A DNA stretch of 64,000 nt from Abditibacterium sp. (GTDB lineage Bacteria > Armatimonadota > Abditibacteriia > Abditibacteriales > Abditibacteriaceae): positions 3,008,001 to 3,072,000 of the forward strand of contig OZ251992.1 of NCBI GenBank assembly GCA_965246885.1, given 5' to 3'. Below the pieces are notes generated by a model, which saw nothing but the letters and a program-made list of their open reading frames with translations, was not told where the DNA came from and did not search any database. Shown piece after piece: positions 28,724 through 40,602 of the stretch (position 1 is the first letter of the stretch; each line of letters starts with the position of its first letter). Both the position numbers and the translations under genes were made by a program.

Positions 28724-30135
28724 CCCCGCCCCCCCGCCACCCCCTCCCTTCGGCGCTTCTCCACGACCTGCGCACTCCGCTCAACCACATCCTCGGCTAC
28801 ACCGAACTGCTGCTCGACGCCGCACCCGAAGACGAGGTCGCGGGCGATTTGGGGCGCATCCGCGCCGCCGGAAGCCAACTGCTCGCCATCATGGACTCCA
28901 ACTTCCAAGCGGTGCGCGCCTTGGATGTCGTCGCCGCGCAGGTCGCGGCGCCCCCGTTCCCCAAACTCGAAACTCCCACCGCGCCCCGCCCGTCGGCGCC
29001 GGGAACCGGGCGCGGCTTGCTACTTGTCGTGGACGACATGGACGCCAACCGCGAACTGTTGTGCGCGCGCCTCAAAGTCGAGGGCTATGCCACCGACACC
29101 GCCGAAAACGGGCGCGAAGCGTTGGAAATGGTCGCTGCCCGCCCCTTCGACATGGTGCTCCTCGACGTGATGATGCCCGAAATGGACGGCTTTGAAACGT
29201 TGCGCCTGCTCAAGGCCGACGAAGCGACGCGCCATATCCCGGTGATTATGATCTCGGCCATGAGCGAGTTGGACTCCGTCGTGCGCTGCATCGAACTGGG
29301 CGCCGAAGACTATCTTTCCAAGCCGTTCAACCCCGTGCTCCTGCGCGCGCGCATCGGCGCGGGCTTGGACAAAAAGCGCGCCCATGACCGCGAAGCGGCC
29401 TTGTTCGCCCAATTGCAGGACAACTTCAAACGCCTGCAAGAGTTGGAGCGCCAGCGCGACGACCTGACGCACATGATCATCCACGACCTGCGCACCCCGC
29501 TTACGTCGGTTATCGTCGGCATGGAAACCGTTGAACTGATGGGCGAACTCAACGCCGACCAGCACGAAATGCTCGCCATCGCCCTGTCCGGCGGCGCGAC
29601 GCTCCTTGGCATGATTAACGACTTGCTCGATGTCGAGAAGCTCGAATCGGGCGCCATGACGCTCGACATCGCGCCCATCGCGCCCGCCGAATTGGTCAAA
29701 TCCGCCCTCGCCCAAGTCGCCTCTCTTGCGGCGGGCAAGAGTTTGCTCATGGAAGCCCGCGTCGTTCCCGGCACCCCAGACTTCTCCGGCGACGCGGGCA
29801 AACTGCGCCGCGTTCTCGTCAACCTGTTGGGGAACGCCATCAAGTTCACCCCGTCCAACGGAGTCGTCTCCGTTGGAGTAGACCGCGACGCCGACGCCGA
29901 CCGCGTTTCCTTTGCCGTGCGCGATACCGGCGAAGGCATTCCTCCCGAAGCGTTCGGGCGCATCTTCGAGAAGTTCGGCCAAGTCGAAGCCCGCCAAGCC
30001 GGACGCGCCATGTCCACCGGGCTTGGCCTCACCTTTTGCAAATTAGCCGTCGAAGCGCACGGCGGCCAAATCACCGTCGAAAGCGAGTTGGGCGCGGGCA
30101 GCACCTTCCGGTTTTGGATTCCATTAGGGCAGTAG
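28720..30135 (+). CDS. Hybrid kinase HisKA-REC-HisKA-HATPase
   Basis: N-terminal HDLRTPLNHILGY, REC (VVDD, LDVMMP, SKP), second HDLRTPL, NLLGNAIKF, DTGEGI, TGLGL; ATGA overlap with the upstream gene. Confidence 0.93.
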   Translation: MTPPPRHPLPSALLHDLRTPLNHILGYTELLLDAAPEDEVAGDLGRIRAAGSQLLAIMDSNFQAVRALDVVAAQVAAPPFPKLETPTAPRPSAPGTGRGLLLVVDDMDANRELLCARLKVEGYATDTAENGREALEMVAARPFDMVLLDVMMPEMDGFETLRLLKADEATRHIPVIMISAMSELDSVVRCIELGAEDYLSKPFNPVLLRARIGAGLDKKRAHDREAALFAQLQDNFKRLQELERQRDDLTHMIIHDLRTPLTSVIVGMETVELMGELNADQHEMLAIALSGGATLLGMINDLLDVEKLESGAMTLDIAPIAPAELVKSALAQVASLAAGKSLLMEARVVPGTPDFSGDAGKLRRVLVNLLGNAIKFTPSNGVVSVGVDRDADADRVSFAVRDTGEGIPPEAFGRIFEKFGQVEARQAGRAMSTGLGLTFCKLAVEAHGGQITVESELGAGSTFRFWIPLGQ

Positions 30136-30158
30136 CACCGCCCCCTTTTCGCCCACTC

Positions 30159-30491
30159 TTACGAAATAGCAAAGTGCTTTTCATCGCGCCTAAAGACACC
30201 CTTTTGGCAATAGGGGCAGTTCTCACCATCCAACTCGCAAGTGTCGCGGATGGAGGAGGATTTACAGGAAGGGCAAGTCGAACGGGGACGCCCGGAATCC
30301 ACTTTCAACGACTTGCCGCAAGACAGGCACAAAAAGGGCCAGTCGTTGCCGACACATCCGTCGCGCTTCGGGTCGGGATGATAAGCATAGCTTTTCTTTC
30401 CCTGCGCGTCGAAGTAATAGGGGTTGCCATCATCCCAACTCTCTATGCGCTTTGAACACTGGTTGCAAACGAAGGCGTGTTGTTGAGCCAT
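30159..30491 (-). CDS. Small zinc-ribbon protein
   Basis: Four CxxC motifs (CNQC, CLSC, CPSC, CPYC); purine-rich RBS-like leader; lower GC. Confidence 0.75.
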   Translation of the reverse strand: MAQQHAFVCNQCSKRIESWDDGNPYYFDAQGKKSYAYHPDPKRDGCVGNDWPFLCLSCGKSLKVDSGRPRSTCPSCKSSSIRDTCELDGENCPYCQKGVFRRDEKHFAIS

Positions 30492-30509
30492 ATTTCTCTT
30501 TGTTCCTCT

Positions 30510-33170
30510 TTAGTTCAGCTTTATTGCTCCTTTCCACACCCCCGCGACTGCCTCGAAGTCGCTCCCATCCGGCAATTCCACGCGCGCGCTTGTGTTCGGC
30601 GGGACGACGAAGCGGTAGTTAAACTGGCCGTCTGCCAGTTCCCACGCGCTTTCGATGCGGCCATGCGGGGTGTCGAGGTGGGCTTTGGCGTGGGTAAGTT
30701 CGCCGCCCGGTCGGGGCTTCAGGAGGAAGCGTTGATAACCGGGGATGTGGGGGTCGAGGGCGATTCCGGCGACGTAACCATACAGCCACGCGCCGACGGC
30801 GCCGTAAGCATAGTGGTTGAAGGAGTTCATGCCCGCGTCCTGAAAGCCCCGGTCGTGCGTCCAGCCGTCCCAGCGCTCCCAAATGGTTGTCGCGCCTTGC
30901 GTGACGGCGTATAACCAACTCGGCCACTGCTTCTGGTGAAGCAGTATATACGCCGTGTCAAGGTGCCCCTCGCGCGTCAGCACGCCGTTGATGTAGGGCG
31001 AACCCACAAAGCCGGTCGAGAGTTTTCCGCCGCGCTTTTGGATTTCCGCCACCAACTCCGCCGCCAATTGGGGGCGCAATTCGTCCGGCACAAGATTAAA
31101 CTCTAAGGCCAGCAGATAGGGCGTTTGATACGGCGGACTGAGCTTTCCGGCGGGGGTCACGTAGCGCGCGCAAAAGGCCGCTTTGACGCTCTCGAAAAGC
31201 GCGGCGTATTTAGCGGCGTCCTCGGCGTGGCCCAACACGCCCGCGATTTGGTGCATTAGGTCGGCGGCGTGGGCGTAAAACGCCGTCCCGATGAGGTCGT
31301 TGGGCGTGCCGCCGAAGGTATCGCCTGAGCCATCAATGGCCAGCCAATCGCCAAAGCCCCGAAAGTAGCCGCAGCCATCGTAGCAACGGATGCTGTCTTT
31401 CGCCGTGCTCGTGAGGTACTCGACGAAGCGCGTCATCACGTCGTAGTTTTCCGCCAGCACCTTCACATCCCCCGTCGCGCGGTAGACCGTCCAAGGACAA
31501 ATCAGCGCGGCGTCGGCCCATGCGGGGCCGCCATCGGCGGACTCGCAGCGCCCCGTTGCGGCGTCCACCTCGTCGGTGCCCACGACTTGGATGTCGGGCA
31601 CCACGCAAGGGATGCAACCCGCTTTGGTTTGCGCGTCGCGCACTTGGCGCAGCCACTCGGCCCAGAAGCCGCGCGAGTCGCGGTTCCACAGCGCGGTTTC
31701 ACAAAACGCTTGGGCGTCGCCCGTCCAGCCCAAACGCTCGTCGCGCTGCGGGCAGTCGGTCGGAATATCGAGCGAGTTGCCTCTCCAACCCCAATCTATG
31801 TTGCTTTGCAGTTGGTTGATGAGCGGGTCAGAGCACTCGAAGTCGCCCGTGCGCGCTTGCTCGGTTCCCATCACCACGCCGGTCACGAACTCAAGCGGCG
31901 GCACTTCGCCTGCCTTGAGTGCGGGGGTCAGCCCCACCACTTCGACAAAGCGGAAGCCGTGAAAGGTGAACATCGGCTCCCACTCCTGCAAGTTCCCATC
32001 GGTCGTCACGACATCCAGTTGCCGCGCGGAGCGCAGGTTGGCCGTGTAAATGTGCCCTTCCGTTGCGTTCGGGCCGCCCACAAGGGTTTCGGCAAAGCGC
32101 AAACGTAGCGTCAAGCCCGGTCGCACGCTTTGAAGCGCCGCGAAGTTGAGCCGCGCGCGGCCAATCATGTTCTGCCCCAAGTCGAACACCCACACCGGCC
32201 CCAAGTTATCCACATTGCCCGGCGACTGCACCGCGATGGGGCGTAGTTCCTGCGTCGCGCGAATCGGCGGCGCGACCGAAGCGCGCAAATGCAGCCCATC
32301 GGGAAGCGGCGCCGCGTCCACGCGCCCCACGTCTCGCCACTCTTGGCGCGCGTCGAACGCTTCACCTTGCTGCAAGTCCGCGCCCAGCATCGGCCCATAC
32401 GCCGCCGCCCACTTCTCATCGGACGCGACCACCTCGCGCGAGCCGTCCTCGAACTCGATCTCCAATTGCGCAAGTAACGCCGGACGGTCGTGGTAAGTGC
32501 CGCGCGCGTTCCAGCCGATGTGTCCAACCGCCCAGCCATCGCCCAACAGCGCGCCGAGCGTGTTGTCGCCTTGCTGCAATTGGGCGGTTACGTCGTAGGT
32601 TTGAAAGCGGAGCGAATAACGGTAGTCCGTCCAACCGGGCGCCAGTTCATCGTTGCCGACGCGCGTGCCGTTCAAATCCATGCGATACACGCCCACCGCC
32701 GACGCATACAAGCGCGCTGCTTTGACTGGCTTATCGAGGTGAAAGCCCCGCGTCAAACGGGGAACGGGCGGCACCGTATACGGCCCACCCACAAGCGGCG
32801 CGCTGATGAGTTGCGCTCCCCAATCCGCCATTTCAAAGAGTCCGGTTTCAAACCACGTCACCTCGCTTTGCGTTGTCGCGCCCGTTTCGTCCTCGATTTC
32901 CACGCGCCAATAGACCCGCTCCCGACTATAAAGCGGCGCCCCACCATATTCGATGAATGCCGTCTGGTTCGAGGCGACGCGGCCCGAATCCCATAGCTCT
33001 GGCACGCCGAAGCCATCGGGCGAACTCGATGCCATCAAGCGATACGCCACTTGCCGCGCGCCCTCGCGCGGCGTATCGAGGCGCCACGACAAACGCGGAC
33101 GGAGTTCGGTTAAACCGAGCGGGCAAGAGAAACCTTCACATTTCAAAGCGACAACGGATGTTTGGTTCAT
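30510..33170 (-). CDS. Alpha-L-rhamnosidase (GH78)
   Basis: PTDCPQRDERLGWTGD, FGDWL, GATTIWERW, SFNHYAYG. Confidence 0.95.
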   Translation of the reverse strand: MNQTSVVALKCEGFSCPLGLTELRPRLSWRLDTPREGARQVAYRLMASSSPDGFGVPELWDSGRVASNQTAFIEYGGAPLYSRERVYWRVEIEDETGATTQSEVTWFETGLFEMADWGAQLISAPLVGGPYTVPPVPRLTRGFHLDKPVKAARLYASAVGVYRMDLNGTRVGNDELAPGWTDYRYSLRFQTYDVTAQLQQGDNTLGALLGDGWAVGHIGWNARGTYHDRPALLAQLEIEFEDGSREVVASDEKWAAAYGPMLGADLQQGEAFDARQEWRDVGRVDAAPLPDGLHLRASVAPPIRATQELRPIAVQSPGNVDNLGPVWVFDLGQNMIGRARLNFAALQSVRPGLTLRLRFAETLVGGPNATEGHIYTANLRSARQLDVVTTDGNLQEWEPMFTFHGFRFVEVVGLTPALKAGEVPPLEFVTGVVMGTEQARTGDFECSDPLINQLQSNIDWGWRGNSLDIPTDCPQRDERLGWTGDAQAFCETALWNRDSRGFWAEWLRQVRDAQTKAGCIPCVVPDIQVVGTDEVDAATGRCESADGGPAWADAALICPWTVYRATGDVKVLAENYDVMTRFVEYLTSTAKDSIRCYDGCGYFRGFGDWLAIDGSGDTFGGTPNDLIGTAFYAHAADLMHQIAGVLGHAEDAAKYAALFESVKAAFCARYVTPAGKLSPPYQTPYLLALEFNLVPDELRPQLAAELVAEIQKRGGKLSTGFVGSPYINGVLTREGHLDTAYILLHQKQWPSWLYAVTQGATTIWERWDGWTHDRGFQDAGMNSFNHYAYGAVGAWLYGYVAGIALDPHIPGYQRFLLKPRPGGELTHAKAHLDTPHGRIESAWELADGQFNYRFVVPPNTSARVELPDGSDFEAVAGVWKGAIKLN

Positions 33171-33214
33171 AGAAAGCAGCCCCTAATTTAGCGCACTTGG
33201 CGCGGTGCGCGCCG

Positions 33215-33352
33215 TCCGCCACACAAAGAATTACATCCGCCACCGCGTCGCCGACGTCCGCCACCGATTCCCAGAGGTCTGTCGCCGATTCCCACACGTC
33301 TGTCGCCGATTCCCAGAGGTCTGTCGTTGAATCCCACACGTCTGTCGTTGAA
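33215..33352. repeat. About 6.5 x 21-bp tandem repeat in a divergent intergenic region
   Basis: Units TCCGCCACCGATTCCCAGAGG, TCTGTCGCCGATTCCCACACG, TCTGTCGCCGATTCCCAGAGG, TCTGTCGTTGAATCCCACACG. Confidence 0.9.
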
Positions 33353-33420
33353 CGGCGCAAGGCGGCGGATGCGGGAGCGGCGCGCGCCACTTCCTTGGCG
33401 CGGCCTTGTCTTTTCAAAGG

Positions 33421-34473
33421 ATGCGCGCACCTTCTTTCATCCTCTTCTGTCTTGGCCTTGGCGCCCCGCTTTGGCTGGCCGGGTGTGGCGGCGGGAGTGG
33501 CGGGCCAAGCGTCTCGCCAACGGCCACCCCCTTTCCCGGCGCCACCGCGACGCCAACTCCCAAGCCCTCGCCCACCCCGACGCCCACCGCCACGCCCCTT
33601 CCCGGCGCGACGGCAACTTTGGCGCTCCAAACCGTTGGCGACCCTTGGCCGCGCGCGAGTCCGCGCTGGCGCGACATCGGCAACAACCCCTACTCCGCCA
33701 CTTTTCGCGCCGCGTTTTCCTATAGCTCAGCAAGCGTGGCGCTGACTTACCAAAAAGCGCCCGCGTCGGGAGTGTTCGTCGGACACATCGAAGCGCGCGG
33801 ACTCAAGCCGAACTTCGCCTACCAACTCAAGTTGGCGGGCAAACCCATCGCTGGCAACCGGGGATGGGGGCAAGGGCAGTCGTTTGTCACGGCCAGTTCC
33901 GCCTTTCCCGACGCCGTGCCCACCCTCCACACGGTCGGCAACACGCCCGTTGGCGGCGACGACTGGGCCAACACTCAACTGGGCTACGCGGGCCGTTGGT
34001 GGGACGACACTGCCGCGCCTTCGACCAACCTCAACGACGCCTATTTCCGCGCCAACTCGCCCGCGCATACCATCTACGGCTACTTGTTTATGGGCGATTT
34101 TCTGACCGACGCCGATGGCAACGCGAGCGCCGACCTACGCGGCGACCGCTCCTTGCATATCACTTGGCAAGACGCGCAAAGCGGCATTAACGACGTTTTG
34201 CTCGGCACCTTTCCCATCCGCGTTTCGGCTGCCACGCCCGCGTATGATGCGCCGCTCAGCGCGAGTTCGCAAAAGCTGTGGTATGAATTAGAAGCGGGCC
34301 GCACCCAACCCGTGCGCTTGCCCAGTGGCACTTATCACTGCCGCTTGCTCGTCACCGAAGAAGCCTTTCACACTGCGGGCGGAAGCGACGGCGGCGTGTG
34401 GCAGACCGTGTTCGCTACGGAAGACGCAGGCGACACGAGCGGAGCGAACGATGTCGTCTTCGCGGTGCGGTAG
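33421..34473 (+). CDS. Hypothetical lipoprotein with PT-rich linker
   Basis: Lipobox LAGC followed by GGGSGG and PTATP repeats. Confidence 0.8.
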   Translation: MRAPSFILFCLGLGAPLWLAGCGGGSGGPSVSPTATPFPGATATPTPKPSPTPTPTATPLPGATATLALQTVGDPWPRASPRWRDIGNNPYSATFRAAFSYSSASVALTYQKAPASGVFVGHIEARGLKPNFAYQLKLAGKPIAGNRGWGQGQSFVTASSAFPDAVPTLHTVGNTPVGGDDWANTQLGYAGRWWDDTAAPSTNLNDAYFRANSPAHTIYGYLFMGDFLTDADGNASADLRGDRSLHITWQDAQSGINDVLLGTFPIRVSAATPAYDAPLSASSQKLWYELEAGRTQPVRLPSGTYHCRLLVTEEAFHTAGGSDGGVWQTVFATEDAGDTSGANDVVFAVR

Positions 34474-34502
34474 CCTCTTAATCCGTTAAAATTCCCCTCG
34501 CT

Positions 34503-35615
34503 ATGCAAAAATCCAAAGCCGCTATTTTCACCGGGAAGAACGAACCCCTCGTCGTAGACGAGATCGAAGTGGACGACCCCCGCGCGGGCGAAGTCATGAT
34601 CCGACTCGACGCCACCGGGTTGTGCCACACCGAAATCTGGTACATGTCCGGCGGCGACACCCAAACGCGCGGCAACTCCATCTTGGGGCATGAAGGCTGC
34701 GGCGTTGTCGTGAAAGTGGGCGAAGGCGTCACCGAACTCCAAGAGGGCGACCGCGTCGTGCCCATCTACATCCCGCAGTGCAACCACTGCCGCGAGTGCT
34801 TATCGGGCGAGACGAACCTGTGCTCCGCCCTTGATGACGCCTACTTTGGCGGCTCGATGAACGACGGCACCATGCGCTTCCACCACAGGGGGCAGGACTT
34901 ACACCACTTCATGCTGACTTCGACGTTTAGCCAGTACACCGTCGTCCACCAAGAAGCGGTCGCCAAAATCCGCCCCGATGCGCCTGCCGAGGCCGCGTGC
35001 TTGTTTGGTTGCGCGGTCACAACGGGCATTGGTGCCGCGCTGTATACCGCCAAAGTCAAGGTGGGGGCGAAGTGCGCCGTGTTTGGCGTCGGGCCAATTG
35101 GACTCAACGTCTTGCAAGGCTGTAAGTTGGCGGGCGCGGAAATGGTTATTGCCGTTGATCCCAATCCCGCGCGTTTACAGCGCGCCGCCGAGTTCGGCGC
35201 CACCCACTTCGTCAACCCCAACGACGGCGACAGCGTGGCGCAGGTCAAGGAACTCACCGGCGGCGGCGCGGATTACGTGTTCGAGGCGACGGGCAACACC
35301 AAAGTGATGCGCCAAGCGCTTGAATCCACCATTTACGGCGGCGGCGTGTGCTGCTTGATTGGCGTCGCCAAAACCGGCGAAACGATCGAAGTCACGCCGC
35401 GCCTGCTCATCGCAGGGCGTAGACTTATTGGCACCGCCTTCGGCGGTGCCAGAGGCAAGTCGCAACTCCCCGGACTCATAGACCTTTACATGGACGGCAA
35501 GGTCAAAGTGGACGAACTCATTACCGGCAAAATCCCCCTGACGGGCATTAACGACGCGTTCGAGGACATGAAGCGCGACTCCGGCTACCGCTACGTCGTG
35601 GACTATTCGCTATAA
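34503..35615 (+). CDS. Zn-dependent class III-type alcohol/formaldehyde dehydrogenase
   Basis: GLCHTE, LGHEG, structural zinc CNHCRECLSGETNLC, FGCAVTTG, GTAFGG. Confidence 0.9.
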   Translation: MQKSKAAIFTGKNEPLVVDEIEVDDPRAGEVMIRLDATGLCHTEIWYMSGGDTQTRGNSILGHEGCGVVVKVGEGVTELQEGDRVVPIYIPQCNHCRECLSGETNLCSALDDAYFGGSMNDGTMRFHHRGQDLHHFMLTSTFSQYTVVHQEAVAKIRPDAPAEAACLFGCAVTTGIGAALYTAKVKVGAKCAVFGVGPIGLNVLQGCKLAGAEMVIAVDPNPARLQRAAEFGATHFVNPNDGDSVAQVKELTGGGADYVFEATGNTKVMRQALESTIYGGGVCCLIGVAKTGETIEVTPRLLIAGRRLIGTAFGGARGKSQLPGLIDLYMDGKVKVDELITGKIPLTGINDAFEDMKRDSGYRYVVDYSL

Positions 35616-35616
35616 A

Positions 35617-35659
35617 CAGAACGGGGCGCGGAGCAAAGCAGAGTCCGCGCCCCGTTCTG
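35617..35659 (+). terminator. Hairpin terminator
   Basis: CAGAACGGGGCGCGGA / TCCGCGCCCCGTTCTG, 16-bp stem directly after the stop codon. Confidence 0.7.
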
Positions 35660-35797
35660 CGTTTCGTTGCGCCTTCTGTGTTCTGGTTGTATCCGACGGC
35701 GCGCGACGGCTGTTAGTCGCTTCTGGCAATAACATTGATTACGGTTACTCATCCCCTTCTGGCTGGACTGTCCGAAAGAACGAGAAGAGAACCAATC

Positions 35798-38997
<3,200 letters not shown>

Positions 38998-39141
38998 AAA
39001 GTTGCGCTGCCATCTCGTCGCTTCCCGACAAGTAAGCTCCCCCGCTCCGTAAAAACGGCCAGAGTAGCCGCGAAATCAGGGAGCGAGGGAGGGCGGTTGT
39101 AAAAAGTTGTCCAAAAAGGTTTAAGAAGGCGGTTCCGCGGG

Positions 39142-39175
39142 TAGAATGAAGGGGAGATAAATTTTTACCGCTCAA
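39142..39175 (+). promoter_or_regulatory. Putative -10 box and LacI-family operator upstream of the LacI gene
   Basis: TAGAAT (39142-39147) and imperfect palindrome TTTACCGCTCAA (39164-39175) with the central CG of LacI-family sites. Confidence 0.5.
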
Positions 39176-39198
39176 GAAATTGGCGGATACGTCCCATC

Positions 39199-40233
39199 AT
39201 GACAACGCTGCAAGAGATCGCCCAGCGCGCGGGGGTGTCGAAGATGACGGTTTCCAATGTTCTCAATAACCGCAACAAGGAGAACTGGCCCTCGACCGCG
39301 TCACGGGCGCAGGAGATTCGCGCCTTGGCCGAGCAGATGGGCTACCGACCCAACTTGGCGGCCAAAGCGGTGGTGACGGGGAAGTTCGGGGCGATTGGCA
39401 TCTTGTCGCCCAAAAGTCTGCCGAGCGCGCCGCACGATGGCATCGCGTGGGGTCTGTAGGCGGAGGCCGAAGACAAAGGCTTTCATCTGGTGGTGGGTTC
39501 GGTTCCCGACGCGCGGCTTTGCAATGCGACGGAAGTGCCCCGCCTGTTGAGCGACTGGATGTGCGATGGGTTCGTCATCAACCACATCCACAATCCGCCG
39601 CCGCGTTTGGGCGAAATCATCGCGCGTCATCGTCTGCCCGCGATGTGGCTCAACGTCGAGCAACCCAGCGACTGCGCGCACCCCGACGATTTTGGCGGCG
39701 CCGTCCAAGCGACCCGGCATCTGTTGCAACTGGGGCACACGCGCATCTGCTACTTCCATCCCAGCGGTTCACCCCACTACAGCGCGAGTGCGCGGCGGCG
39801 CGGCTTTGAGCGCGCCATGAACAACGCCGGTCTTCCAGCGTGGGTGGAAGAAATCGAGAGCAACGCGAACTCTGCCTCTTATGTGGCCAGAAGCCGAGAA
39901 CTGTTGCGCCTGTCAGAGCGCCCCTCGGCGATTTTGTGCTACGAGTTATGGCTGGCGCAACCCGTTTGGGCCGCCGCCCTGCACGAAGGCTTGCGCGTGC
40001 CAGAAGACCTTTCGCTCATCACGTTTCACGAAAAAGTCTTCGACGGTTTGGGCGCCCCGTTCTCCACGATGCAAATCCCTTTCGTCGAGATGGCGCGCGA
40101 GGCAGTGCGGGGAGTAGTGGAAAAAATCGCCGACCCGTCGTTGGTAATCCCCACCCGCGTGCTACTGTATCCCGACCCGCAAGGCGAAATCTGCCTTCCG
40201 CCGTCACCGACTTACGCTTCCAACGTGCGTTAA
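39199..40233 (+). pseudogene. LacI-family transcriptional regulator with premature in-frame TAG
   Basis: TTLQEIAQRAGVSKMTVSNVLN HTH and GYRPN; TAG at 39457-39459; the same frame continues through LLQLGHTRI and GLRVPEDLSL to 40233. Confidence 0.88.
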
Positions 40234-40272
40234 CGTTGTTCGTTTACAGCCAACACTTTGGCCAGCTATACT

Positions 40273-40398
40273 ATGTCACATCTTGCAAATGTCCGCTCCG
40301 GGCGGAACGCGTTCACCCTCATAGAATTATCGGTAGTTGTCGCCATCATTGCTATTTTGGCAGCCATCTTCGCTATTTTGGCAGCTATCTTCCGATAA
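40273..40398 (+). pseudogene. Truncated prepilin-type (DUF1559-like) gene remnant
   Basis: Manual translation MSHLANVRSGRNA|FTLIELSVVVAIIAILAAIFAILAAIFR*, containing a 21-bp duplication. Confidence 0.8.
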
Positions 40399-40399
40399 T

Positions 40400-40582
40400 A
40401 TTGATAAATCGACGACGCTGGGCGCTTTCTCCGCACCTATCACGCTCGCCGCCAACACGAATTACACCATCAAGATGGAATATAAAGAACTCAGCGGGCA
40501 GGCTTTTGCCAAGTTGCTCTGGCAAAAGCCGGGAGCCTCGACCGCTGTCCTTGTGCCCAAAGCGCAGTTGTTTCCTTTGTAA
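40400..40582 (+). pseudogene. C-terminal fragment of a PA14-like domain
   Basis: ITLAANTNYTIKMEYKELSGQAFAKLLWQKPGASTAVLVPKAQLFPL*, with no plausible start codon. Confidence 0.7.
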
Positions 40583-40602
40583 AAAGAGCAGTTTCGCTTC
40601 GT

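Noticed and set aside
33515..33615. PT/TP repeats as mobile DNA repeats (also 47745-47762, 51490-51560)
   Set aside because: Ordinary Pro/Thr linkers of exported proteins.
39457..39459. Pyrrolysine or programmed readthrough of the LacI TAG
   Set aside because: No pyl genes are visible, TAG is used as a normal stop elsewhere in the window, and neighbouring genes are also decayed.
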